IMG/VR virus record: IMGVR_UViG_3300045977_000087
From: a virus
Lineage: Duplodnaviria; Heunggongvirae; Uroviricota; Caudoviricetes
Strand: one strand, 5' to 3'
Length of the DNA: 31,903 nt
Positions 1 through 12,000 of the stretch are shown here, one piece after another (position 1 is the stretch's first letter; the number at the start of each line of letters is the position of its first letter). The notes beneath the pieces were generated by a model. That model was given only the letters and a program-made list of their open reading frames with translations, did no database searches and had not been told where the DNA came from. The translations under genes were made by a program, and so were the position numbers.

Positions 1-3000
1 CTTAGCTAAGTTCTCAAGGTTATCATACTTACCAAAAGCCTCTGTAGCTGACTTACCTAAGTCCTTAGTATTAATCAATGACTGCACTTTACTCATCTTC
101 TTAGCTGCTGCTCTAAGTTCAAGGAACAGGTTCAAAGCTGCAAGCTGTACATCCTTTTGAGTTCCATTAGTTTGAAGGCCAGCTATCAAAGCTTCACCAG
201 TAAGCAACTCACTGGTTATCTCTTCTTTACCAGTTTCACTATATTTTTTACGAAGATTCTCTATAGTAGTTTCCTCAAGGTTAGAGGTGAAGTCAGAGAT
301 GATACCCATACCTGACTGCATATGTTCCACAAACTCTCTTATCACAGGTTGTGATAGCAGGGCATAGGATATAGAAATGTCTTTGAATATTGGTTTACCA
401 TACTCATCCTTTTCTCCTGTATCATACTTAACCTTATCAAAGCCAAGTCCTGCAAGTAAGCTATCTACACCAATAGTAAGGGAGTTGATATTTACCCTAC
501 CAAGGATTTGTTCTTTCTCATTATCTGTTGCAGTATTTTGTTTCTCTGCATAAACCTCAGCTATACTTCTGTCTCCAGGTACATCTCTGTGTTCAGTTAA
601 AGTTCTTTGTCCTCCAAGCATTCCATTAGAGTAGATTTTACCTATGGTAATCTCAAATTTTTCTGATGGCCCTTGTGGGTCTTCAGGGTTTTTTCTCTGA
701 AGATAAGAAGGAGTATCAAGTTGTTGAACTAAACCATGGAATGTAACATAGTTTGAGTACACCCCAATAGCCATCTTACCTGCTGCCCCCAATCCCATTT
801 TCTCTTTTTGATATTGGTCAGAAAGAATAGTAAAGTCCCAAGGAGTACCTTGAGAAGAATCTGTCATGCTTTCAATTAACTCAGCCTGTTCTCTGGCAAA
901 GTCCATACTCAATACCTTGTTTACTTTCTTCTGCATCTCATCAGAAGGGTTAGAGAATACAGCCTGATGTATCTTAATAAACTTGTTCTCAAGTACTTTC
1001 AGTTCTTTCTCTTTAAGCTTTCTTTTCAAGGACTGTGTTTTCTCAGCTAAAGACTCTCTTGAAGCTTTTACTTCTTCAAGTTCTTCTTCAGTAAACATAT
1101 CCTCAAGGCCATCATAGAAGTCCTTAAGCATTTTCTCAGGTACAGTTCTTTCCACTTTCTCAAGTGCCAAAGCATCCTGATACTCTTTACTGTTGACAAG
1201 TTTATCTATTTGCTTTCTTACTTTCTCAACATGGTAGTCAGTAAACTCTTCTATTCTACCCTCCTTAGTTACATGGTGGTTAAGCTGATAAGTATTTTCT
1301 TTATCCACGTCAAAGTCAAGACCTTTCTGTTTGGTAAAGTTCTTAGGCACTATCATCAAGTCTCCTGACTCAGGAGGAAGAATACCTGCTATCTCAATTA
1401 TTGACCCTGATACATGGGAAGATGTAGGGGTTCTGAATGAGAACATGCTGAACAGTTTAGGGTCTATCATATTTGGTTTAAGTTTCAAAGGCTTACCCTT
1501 CTCTTCTATAAGGTATTTATATTGCCCATCTACTTTCTCAAACAAGTTTATAAGAGTACCATCACTCTTTTTAAACTTAGATGGTACAAGAACCTGAGCC
1601 TTAGTAAACACTGGTTTACCATCCACATCTTCAGTAGATACAGCCCCAAGCTCTTCACCATTATAGTTGTCAAAGTAGATAATTCTTGAGGTATCTATAC
1701 CTGCTAAGTCTTCTTTAAACTTATATCCATGCTCAGAACCTGCTACAAAGCTGTTACCTGGGAACTTGTGGGCAAGAACCCTCTTAGTAATAATTGAGTT
1801 CAACATAGACTCAAATCTATTACTGTTAGCACTTAGCCATAGTGGCATTGTGAACTCATAGTATTTGTTCTTATTCTGTGCATCTGTAAGTTCTACAAGG
1901 TCAAGTGACTTAACATCCTGTATAGGATAGTCTCTTCCTATTGCCTCTTTCTTAAGTAACTCTTGCAGTTTATGCATATGGGCTCTGGTATCATAAGGAA
2001 CACCATTAGGGTCAAGGCCAAGCTCATCATAAAGCTGTGCTTTCTTAAGGTCTATAATATCACCAAAGGTTTTAGCAAACTCTTCATACAACTCTCTTCC
2101 ATTAAGGTCTTTATCCATCCAGTCCACTCTAAATCCAGGTAGGTCTATTACCCCATCACCAAATAGGATTTTAAACATCTGTGTACCCAAGGCTATTGCA
2201 GACTTGTCTTTGACAGGAATATCCTGCTGGTTTCTATAGTTGTTTCTGTCAAGCTCTAATGTGGCAGCACTCAAAGCTGCTTCATCTTCAAGTTCAGTAG
2301 GATTTAAAGGGTCAATAGGAGCTACACTTCCTCCCACTTTATTTGCTGTCATATAAGAAGCTCTCACCCCTTTTCCAGGATGTTTAGCCTCAAGTTTCTC
2401 CATAGTCTTTCTAAGGTTATCTAATTCTGTTCCCATAGTAAGCTGTGGGATTAGGGGATAAGTAGAAGACTTAATATAGATAGTTCTTGCAACATCCTGT
2501 GCAGTGTCTATGTTTTGTCCTGTGTACACTGGCTTTTGTGGTTGTAAAACCATAGCTAATTCTTCCCTTGTCAATAACATTGACTCAGGTATCTTATAAT
2601 TATCCCCTATTGCATTGGCTTCAAGTTCTTTTTGTTGCTTGATTTTATTCTGAATATTTTTAAGTTGTACTTCAGGAATTTTACCATATCCTCTCATTAC
2701 TCTTATATGTTCTGAAAGAGTGGTGTATTCCTGAGCATCAGTACTCTCTATATCAAAGTAGTCAGCTATATCTGGAAATGCTTTTGCAAGAGCTTTTCTT
2801 AAGTCTTTCTTTGCACTGCTATCCATATTTGGATAACCTGCTATAAGCTCAGCTACAGTCCCTTTGTCCTCACCAAGTATCTTTCTGCTTAAAGCTTCCT
2901 CACCATGGAATAGTCTAATCAGGTATTTAGAGTTAGCACTGATGTCTTTACTATCCTTAAGGTTAAGCTGAATATAGCTCTCATTATATGCCTCAGCCAT

Positions 3001-6000
3001 AGTAGTACCTGGAGTGGCAAGCAAAGCTAACCTCTTACCTATGTTCACACCTTGCTTCTGTGCAAATTCAATGTAGAATTCATCCCCTAACATATTGGCA
3101 GGGTCTGACCCTTCAGGAAAGTGTTTACTTTGGCTATATAAAGCTGGGTCACCAGCAAGCATTGCAAACATATCAGCATTGTGTAACATGCTGTTAATCA
3201 CAAAGTCATAGATTGCATACTGAAACTTAGCATCCATAGTTCCTTGTCCTGTAGCAAGATAGTCAGTATCAAAGTGATTAATTGCTTTGATATTACCAAG
3301 ACCCTTATCAACACTGGTTTCTCTGACAACAATCTTCTCTAAGGACTCAGCTTTCTTCTCAGCAAGGCTCATAATTACTTCCTGAATAGTCTTGTCTATT
3401 TCTTTTCTGAATACTTCTTCTACTTCCTCAACACTATACCCTTCCTTAAAGTAGGATATCATTCTTTCATCTTTCTCATCTTTAATATTGTTCAAAGCAG
3501 GAATCATGTTGAAGATTTGGGCTGCCTCATTGTAGCCAGAGATATCAGTACCAGTAGTTTCTTTTCTTTTACCTTCAGCAGTTTCTACTGTGCTTGTATA
3601 GTTGCTGTGGAACTTAGCAATCCTTTTCATCTCAGGAAGCACAAGCTTTTTATAAAGTAGGTTTTTAAGTCTGTCTTCAAAGCCATCAACCTTTTTTGTT
3701 TCTGCATTATAAATAAAGGCATTAGTAGCCTGAGCAAAGAAGTTGAATACTCCTGTAGAGAACATATAAGCCTGAGTCTTATCAGACATAGTAAATCCAA
3801 GCATAGAACCCATTCTCATATCAAACATTTCAAACTTACCAAGTTCACCTTGTTTCATATCCTGGAACATACCAAACTTAGTAATGTCATGGTCAAGACT
3901 GTTAAGCTCAGTGATGCTGGCATTAGTTCTTGTCTTAGCCATCTTCTCTGCAAGTGCTTCCAAGGAAAGGTGGCTTAGGCCAAACTTAGAAGCAAAGTTT
4001 TTTCCAAGTTCAGTATGTGTAAGCAACCCAAGAATAGTTGACTCACTGTTGAAACTTAGGCTCTGAAGAAGCTTAATAAATTTTTGGTCACCAAGAGCTG
4101 ACCTTTTCAAGTCATCAACTCTGTTTGTAGCAAAGCTTGGGTTAGTTGTACCTGATACATTCTTACCTGCTACTCTAAAGGATTTGTTAAATACTTTGGA
4201 TGTATATCTTGCCTCACCTTTTGCTAAGGCTTTATTAACATTGGATAAGTTTGTAAAAGGATTTCTTAAAGGGTTCTCAGTTAGATTAATCTCACCAGTT
4301 TCCTTAGTCACAGTTTTAAGCCAATCCACAAGGTGTTTTACAGGGCAATATGCACCTGTAAAGAACTCTTTCTCATAGTCCCTTCTTTCTCCATTACTGC
4401 TAAAACCATTGTCTTTTATCTCCTGCATATATCCAGGAGCCAAGTCAATACCAAAAGCTGCCAACCATTTTCTAACATCTTCAACCTCACTATCTCTTCC
4501 AGGGTTGTTGTTTACATTCCATCTATTGAATTCATTAAGGAGTTCTTGTGCTACCTCTTTATTTACATAGTAATCCCCTTCAGAAGCTTTAAGTAAAGGA
4601 CTTGTTCTTTGGTTTGATTTCCATGTATTGATTATGGCCTTAACCATCTCATTAGCATTGGCATCAAGTATCTGAAGACTGTGTGAAGGTTCTCCTGCAT
4701 TATCAGTCTTGCTATCCTTCATTACAAACTTCATACTTACAGCATGCTTTCTGTAGTTGGTAACAAATTGGTTTCTCATCATTTCATCTCCTTTGTCAAA
4801 TCTTTCTATAAGCTCTTCAACCCAAGGGTTATTTGGTTGCATTTCCTGAAGCTTAGCTTTCATGATATCATAGTTGGCTTCAATATATATTCCTGATGTG
4901 GATAGTAAACCATACACAGAGTCATATATTTCATTGAAGCTCATAAGCTTATTGAACTTAAGGAACCCTGTTACAGGTACAAACTCTTCTTTCTTTTCAC
5001 CATCTTTCTCTACTATCTGTTTAACCTTTACTGTAATACCAGACATCATTCTTCTTAGTCTGTATCCAGCTTTAAGTTTAGAACTCTCAGCTAGTGAAGC
5101 ATTGTCCTCATAGCTGAACAGTCTTTCAGATAAGTCAGTTTCCATCTCAGCCTGTTCCTCAGTTTCAGGTACTTCATCAGTAGCAATCTCCCCTTTTTTC
5201 TCTTTAAGTTCTGAAGTCTTTCTAACCTCAACAAGGGCTTTGTCAACAACACTTACTTCACCATTATACTTCTCTCCAAGGTGTGCCTGCAATGATGCAT
5301 CAGACCAATAAGCACTAATGTTGCCTAATATCTTAACTGCTCCTTGTACCATATTAAGAACTTCTTTCAGCTCTGGGGTAGGGTTTTGTTGATACTCTTG
5401 GGAAACTCTGGTATATGCAGTATCTATGGCTCTAGTTGTAGGAGCCATAATCTCTGCCTGAGATTTGATAATCTCTGCCCTAACTTCATTCAAGGTAGGA
5501 ACTCCTTTATCACTCTTACTTTCTATGAAGGCTCTTGCAGCCTCACTTACTGTCTTGATTAAGTCTTCCTCTTGTGCTACATTAAGACCAGGTACAAGCT
5601 GATAGATAGTCTTAAGTTCCTCAGTTCCTTTAAGAGTACCTGGCTGAAAATTCATGCCTTGTAATGTGGTAGCATTAAAACCAAGTTCTTTAAGCAGTTT
5701 CTTGGTTTCATCTATAAGTTTTTGAGGGTCTTCAATCTGATTCATTTCCTGAATCACTTCCTGTGCTGCTTGCTCAACTTTTTTAATATCAGCAGTTATT
5801 GGAGCAGGGGCAGCTTCTGCACCTGTCTTATAAGTAAATCTGATAGTAGGCTGTACTGATGTGATATACTCAGGCTTTTCTTCAGTCCCCACATTAAAGG
5901 AGATAATACCTGTGGTCAAAGTGCTCTTAACATAGTCAGAGTATTTAAGACCTGTGTTCACCACATTACCATTAGTATCTATGTGAGGCATAATAAGGTC

Positions 6001-9000
6001 TTTACCAAGATAGTCTTTCTCAGTTTTTGTATAGAATGCTTCTGGCCCCACAGGTTTGTAGAATCTTTCTGCATAGTTATAGACTCCATTAACCACAAAG
6101 TTTCCTTCATTTCTTGGCTTGATAAACAAGTCAAAGAATATCCTTGCCTGCTTATCACTACTTATATCAAGGTTAGTAAGTTCCTCAATTTTATCCCTGA
6201 TGATTTTGGCTTTTGCCAAATCCATTCTGTACTTAGGACTTATATACTCTCTTGCCCCAGGCTCTGCCTCTATACCTTTCTCTGGGTCTGCAGGTTTACC
6301 ATTAGCTCCTATATTATCTTGGAATGTAATGAAAGCACTGTAAGCCCATCTTGCAGTTTCAAGCTGTTCAGGAGTTACCCATTCTTGTGGTTTGGTAAGT
6401 ATCCACATCTCTTTACCATCTTTAGGGTCAATACCCATCTTTCTTAAGTCCCAAACAGTACCTGCTGCTTCTTTGGCATTTTTGTTTTTACTTTTTCTAA
6501 GATTTACCATGACATCCATGTTGGTAATCTTTCTTGTATCATCATCAAATTCAACATCCTTTCCATCTTTAGTACCCACAAGAACCCTGTCCCCATCACC
6601 TTGCACTGCAATTATGGCCTGAGGGTTAGCTTCTGATATTGGTATGAAAGGCATTCTCTCTACTCCTGCTTCTTCTTTCTTTTCAATGCTATGGAAGGCA
6701 CCATGTTCTTTTGCTGTAATCTTTACTTCAGTTACTGTACCATCAAGTATGGCATTTCTAAAATCTGAAACCTCCTGCTTAGCTTTTTTAAGGAGGTCAG
6801 AATGGGCTTTGGTAGGGGCTTCACCCTCCTCTTTCTTTTCACCATCAATAGGGTCAGCTACATTTCTGGTATTGTACCAAGCTGTATCATGGATAAATGC
6901 CACAGGTTCTCCTTTATTATTCAAGAAGAACATTGGTACCATATCTCTAAACTCTTGGGTTTCTCTAAATCCAGGAGGTTGATTTTCAAGATACTTAGCA
7001 AAGGTTATCTCTATGTCATTACCATTATCATCTACTCCTGTAACAATTTTAATATCTACCCAATCATCTTCCTTGGATACACCTACAGCTACTACTTGGT
7101 CAGGTAAGAACCCATCAAACTTAAGTATGTCCTGAAATCTAAGGACACTATCTTGTCTAAGAACCCTTGTAGGTATTGCCTCAGGTTTCCATCTACCATT
7201 CTCATCTTTTACTCTTTTATATGGTATGGCACTGTATCCAAAAGTAAAGGCCACACTCTCTACAGTAGTACCTGTATCAGCAGCTGTGACAGGAATGTTC
7301 TCCTCAGTAAAACCAGTTATTACTTCTTGTTTCTTACCCTCATCAATTATCTGTTGATTAGTAAGGGCTACTACTTCACTTTCAGTAGCAGGGGCCCCCT
7401 CTCTTAACTCAGGGTTAAGGGAAGTCAGGTAAGCATCCAAAGCTTCCATCTTACTTTGAGTAGTTGCAAAGAGCTGTTTATATACACCATCTCTGTCATA
7501 CTCTTCATAGTTATTTAACTGCCATCCAAGACCTATACTGTCATACATCATCTCTGCTCTTTTAAAGCCTGAGATTTTAATTGTGTATGCCATGTATTCT
7601 TTGTAGCTAGGTTTTTTACCAAACTCATTCTCATAGGTGGCAACAGCATCAGCAACCAGGTCTTTAATCATCTTCTTATGTGTATCATCATAGTTGACAA
7701 TAACAAGAGGTTGAAGGTGAATATTTCCTCTTACTTGTTGCTGTTCAGTTACAGGCTCAACTCTATCTACTGTTTCAGGGATACCTACAACACCTTTTTC
7801 AGATTGTTTCTCTAATGCTTCTAACTCAGCATCATACTTAGCTTCTATATCAGCAAGCTGTTGTTTTCTTATAACTTCCTGTTCTGGTGTTTCTCCTACA
7901 ATTATTGGATGTGCTTCCAGTTCCTTTTGTTTTCTCTCCAGTATAGCTTCTTTATTGGTTTTTACCTGTTCTTCTGTAAGAGGTTTTTTAACTCTTTCTG
8001 GGTCAAGATTATCAGGCATTAATCCTGTTGCAAAATCAAAGTTAGGAGGGAAGTTATTTACAGGTGTTACACCTTGTACTCCTACAGGTGTAGGGGTAAC
8101 AGTTCTCTCAGGACCTAAAGAGTCAGGGTCAGGTTGTTCTCTTTGAGTTTCTACCTCAGGAGTTTCAACTGCAGTTGGAGTCTGACCTGTAGCAATAAAA
8201 GCTTCTTCAACAATTGCATTAATGGCATTGTTGTTCTCTTCAAACTTCTCTCTTAAAGTCTCAGGTACAAGCCTTGCTGACTTAGTTTCAGAGATATTTT
8301 TAAACCCTGCACTTATCTTATTGGCTACCTCTGTAGAGAAAGCCTTGCCAAGTTCAGGTAAAGTCTTCTGTACCATAGCAGGAGTAAGCTCCTTATTTCT
8401 TTTATACATCTCCCATAAATCCTCAACATGCCCTTCATCAAATTCAACAAAGGTTCTACCCAAAGCATTTCTGATTTCAGTTTTTTGCTGTTCCATTTCA
8501 TCAGTATCATGCACTATAATTGGGTTAGGTGCCTGTTCCTGATTCTTAGTTGCTAAGTAATCATCTAATTTTTTCTGTTCCTTAGCCAGTTTCTCTTTTA
8601 AGAAATCTACTTCAGCAGGGTTTTCATCATAATCAAGTTCATCTATTTGTTCCTGCAAGTCATCAATAATATCTTCCTGCAACTCTTCATCAAAGGCAGG
8701 TTGTATAGATTGAGGGTTTTGTTGTTGTTGATTCTTAGTGGCCTCCATCATAGACTTGATATTCTCTGATGTTTTGTTTCTTCTAAGTATCTCAGCCTGA
8801 TGAGCCTGAATCATGTACCCTATCTTCAAAGCCTCAAGCCTGTCTTTACTTAAACCTGTAGGCTTTAATCTTTTAAAGAATTGGTCAATATACTCAGGAG
8901 TTACCTGAGCTTCAAATCTCTCTGTGATTTCACCATCCTCTTTAAGTTTTCCTCTTCTGTCTGTAGGCATTTCAAGTACTGTCTTCAATGGAAGATGAGG

Positions 9001-12000
9001 TGTATCAACACCACCTGCTTCAGCTTGTCTGATAGCATCATCAAACTGTGCTCTTATATTTGCTATTTCTTTGGTATCAGTTTCATACTTTTTACTTACA
9101 TTATAGTTGAAGTCATTTCTTATTTGTTTAAGTGACTCCTTCTCATTCTCTTGGGCCCACCATGTAGTGGCATGCTTAGAAGTCTCAGGAAGAATATCCT
9201 CATTATCCATAGCATCATTCAAGAACTTATCATAGGCTCTCTGGTCTTTTTCATCAGCAAACTTTCTGTCAAATAAGTTGTCTGCATCTATGTCCACCTT
9301 GTGGCCTCTATCCTGTGCAAACTGCTCAAGCTCTAACTTTGTTGCAGCTTTACCTTCTTCAAGTTTACCTTGAAGGTTTTGGATATTGTTTCTTGCTGTA
9401 ACCTTATCATTAGCTAAGGACAGGATTTTACTAACATTTGATTTGTCTTTATATTGGTCTTGTGCTTTCTCAAGTTCAGCTACCCTTTCCTGAGCCTTTA
9501 GCAGGTTATCCATAGTAGGCTCTGTATATGACCTTTGTCCTTTACCTTGCTGTCTGACCATTGTATCAAGTATATTCTTGAATTCCCCAAGAGTACCTGT
9601 GCTTACAGCTTGTTTTATTAGGTTAGAGAACTTAGCTGCTTCCATTGCATCAGCAGTCTTCTTAGCTTCTTCAGTACCCTTTAGTCTAAGGTTAGTGATT
9701 TCAATATCATAATCCCTTGCAGCATAATGTGTCCCAGCACTGGCCATGCTGGCAAGTTTTGCTAACTGGTCATCAGTTACTGCTCTGTCCATCTTTCTGT
9801 ATAGGGCTCTAATACTTCTTCTTGCATCTATGTACTCAGCATTGGCTTTAGCATTCTTGATAGCACCAGGGACACCTACAATACCTGCACCCCCTGATGT
9901 TAGACCTGATACAATAAGGGTTTGTGCAACCACATCAGAGTAGAAGCTTGGGTCAGCTAAGTGGGCTAGTTTCTCACCATAACTATCATCAATACTTGGT
10001 ATAGCCTCTCTTACTATCTCTTCCCATACCTCAGCAGGAAGACCATGATATACACCACCCATTCCATGAGGAGCTATGGTTTTTGAAAGTTTTCCTACCC
10101 ATGATTTACCAAACTTTGCTTTACCTGCTTCTATGGCATAGTCCATAGTTTTATATGCTTTACCTAAAGCACTGTCAGCTACATCAGTTCCAATCTTAGA
10201 TTTAGCTAAGACACCAAAGGCATCTTGTGTCATATCACCAAGAACCTTTTCAGTCCAGGTCTCAGCCCATGTTTCAAGGCCACCATATACTGCAGAAAAG
10301 ACTGCACTTCTTGGTCTTAGCTTTTCTATCTGCTCTGTTCTTTCATCCATCAAGTCTGAAATCCTGGTCATTTCAGCTCTGTCTTGCTCAGTCTTATTAG
10401 GCTTATTCTCAATTTCTTTATAGGCTTTATTCAATATCCCCATATCAGATTCAAACTCCTTATTGTAATGTTTGAAAAGACCATCTCTGACAAGGACATG
10501 TTCCTTACCTTGCTTGTCTTTGATTATCTCAGTCTGACCAATATAGTTTTTCAATGCAGTCTGATATGTCATAGGCTGAAAAGGAACTGTATATGCTAAG
10601 TTTAAACTCTGTCCAATTTTATCCACAGCATACCCTAAGGCCTTATCTTTACTTGGTATCTTTCTGGCCAAGTTCACAGCCATACCTTTCATCTTATTCT
10701 TTGCTTCCATTTCCAAGAACTCTTCAGCAGCAGCTCCTGTCACAGATTTACCAGCAGCTTGAAGCTCTTTTTTAAGACCACTTTTAACAATTCCTTTAAT
10801 ACCTTTTTTAACTATTCCTTCTACTCCTTTCTTAACAACTCCTCCTGCACCCTTACTAAGTATCATACCTGCCATCATGGTAAAGGAATCTGCTGCTCCT
10901 TTACCAGCACCATACCAGGTACCATGCAGTGCTGAAGAGTTATCTATACCCTGCTTATTTGCATAGCTATGAAGCAGAGCTCTTTCAGACTCATCCATAT
11001 CTGCCTCATTCTTATTTGCAATCCTTGCTACCTTAATATCTCTGAATATAGGTTTAAGACCAACACTGATTAAATCTTCCCATCTGCTTGCAAGACCCAG
11101 AACAGGGTCTGTATAGATATTGTCTTTACCCTCATATCCTTTTTGAAGGTCTCTTAAACCATCTTCAGCAAGGTCTGCAGCATCTCTGTAATTAGAAATT
11201 TGGCCAAATAGTTTCTCAGCCACATCATGCTGACCATTCTTGGCAGCTGTTATGGCATCCTCCTGAGTTTTATTTACCTTAGCTCTTGCTTCTGTAGCAT
11301 ACTTTTGCTGTAAGTCTATAGCAGGTTTTTTGTATTTGTTCTCCTCTCTTTTCAGCTTATTAGCTATGAGCTCATACTCCTTTCTTGCTGGCCCCATAGC
11401 AGCAGTCTTATCTCCTGAGACAGCCTCATTAAAAGGATGTAGAAAGTTATCAGCAAGCTTCCCCATGGTCCAGTTAAAAACACCTTTCCCTATTTCCCCA
11501 AGTCCTTTTCCTATTTCCACTCCACTCATAGGAGTAAAAGCCCCATAGTTAAAAGCATTCTTAAAGTGGGGAATAAAGTCTGCCTCAGGGTATGCTTTGT
11601 CATAAGCAGCCTGTTTTTTCTCAACAAGAATTTTATAGTTTTTAAGCCTGGCTTTATCTTCATCTGTTGTCCCCTTACCAAATATGGACATCTCCATTGG
11701 GTTATTTTCATCAGGGGTAGTAAGCATTTCCTCTCTGGCCTGAGCTCTTATCAGCTCTTGTTGTCTGGCTTTTTCCTTCTCCTTTTTAAGTTGCATCTGT
11801 CTCATCTGCTCATTGGTATATTCCTCATGAACAGTTTCTTTAACAGGCTTATTAGGTATTGGTGCTTTATCAGGAACTTTGGCAGGAGCTTTAGGTGGTG
11901 GAGCTTTCTTAGCTGCAACTGACTTCTGAAGTTCTATCTCCTCTGAAGTAGTGGCAGCAAGAGTGCTACCCACATTGGCATCTAAACCTTGAGAGGCTTT

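Noticed and set aside
1303-1317. One of the rare CGs falls inside the catalytic DFDVD codons (GAC GTG)
   Set aside because: GAT GTG would encode the same residues without CG or GATC, so the protein does not force it. It is a single event and probably chance.
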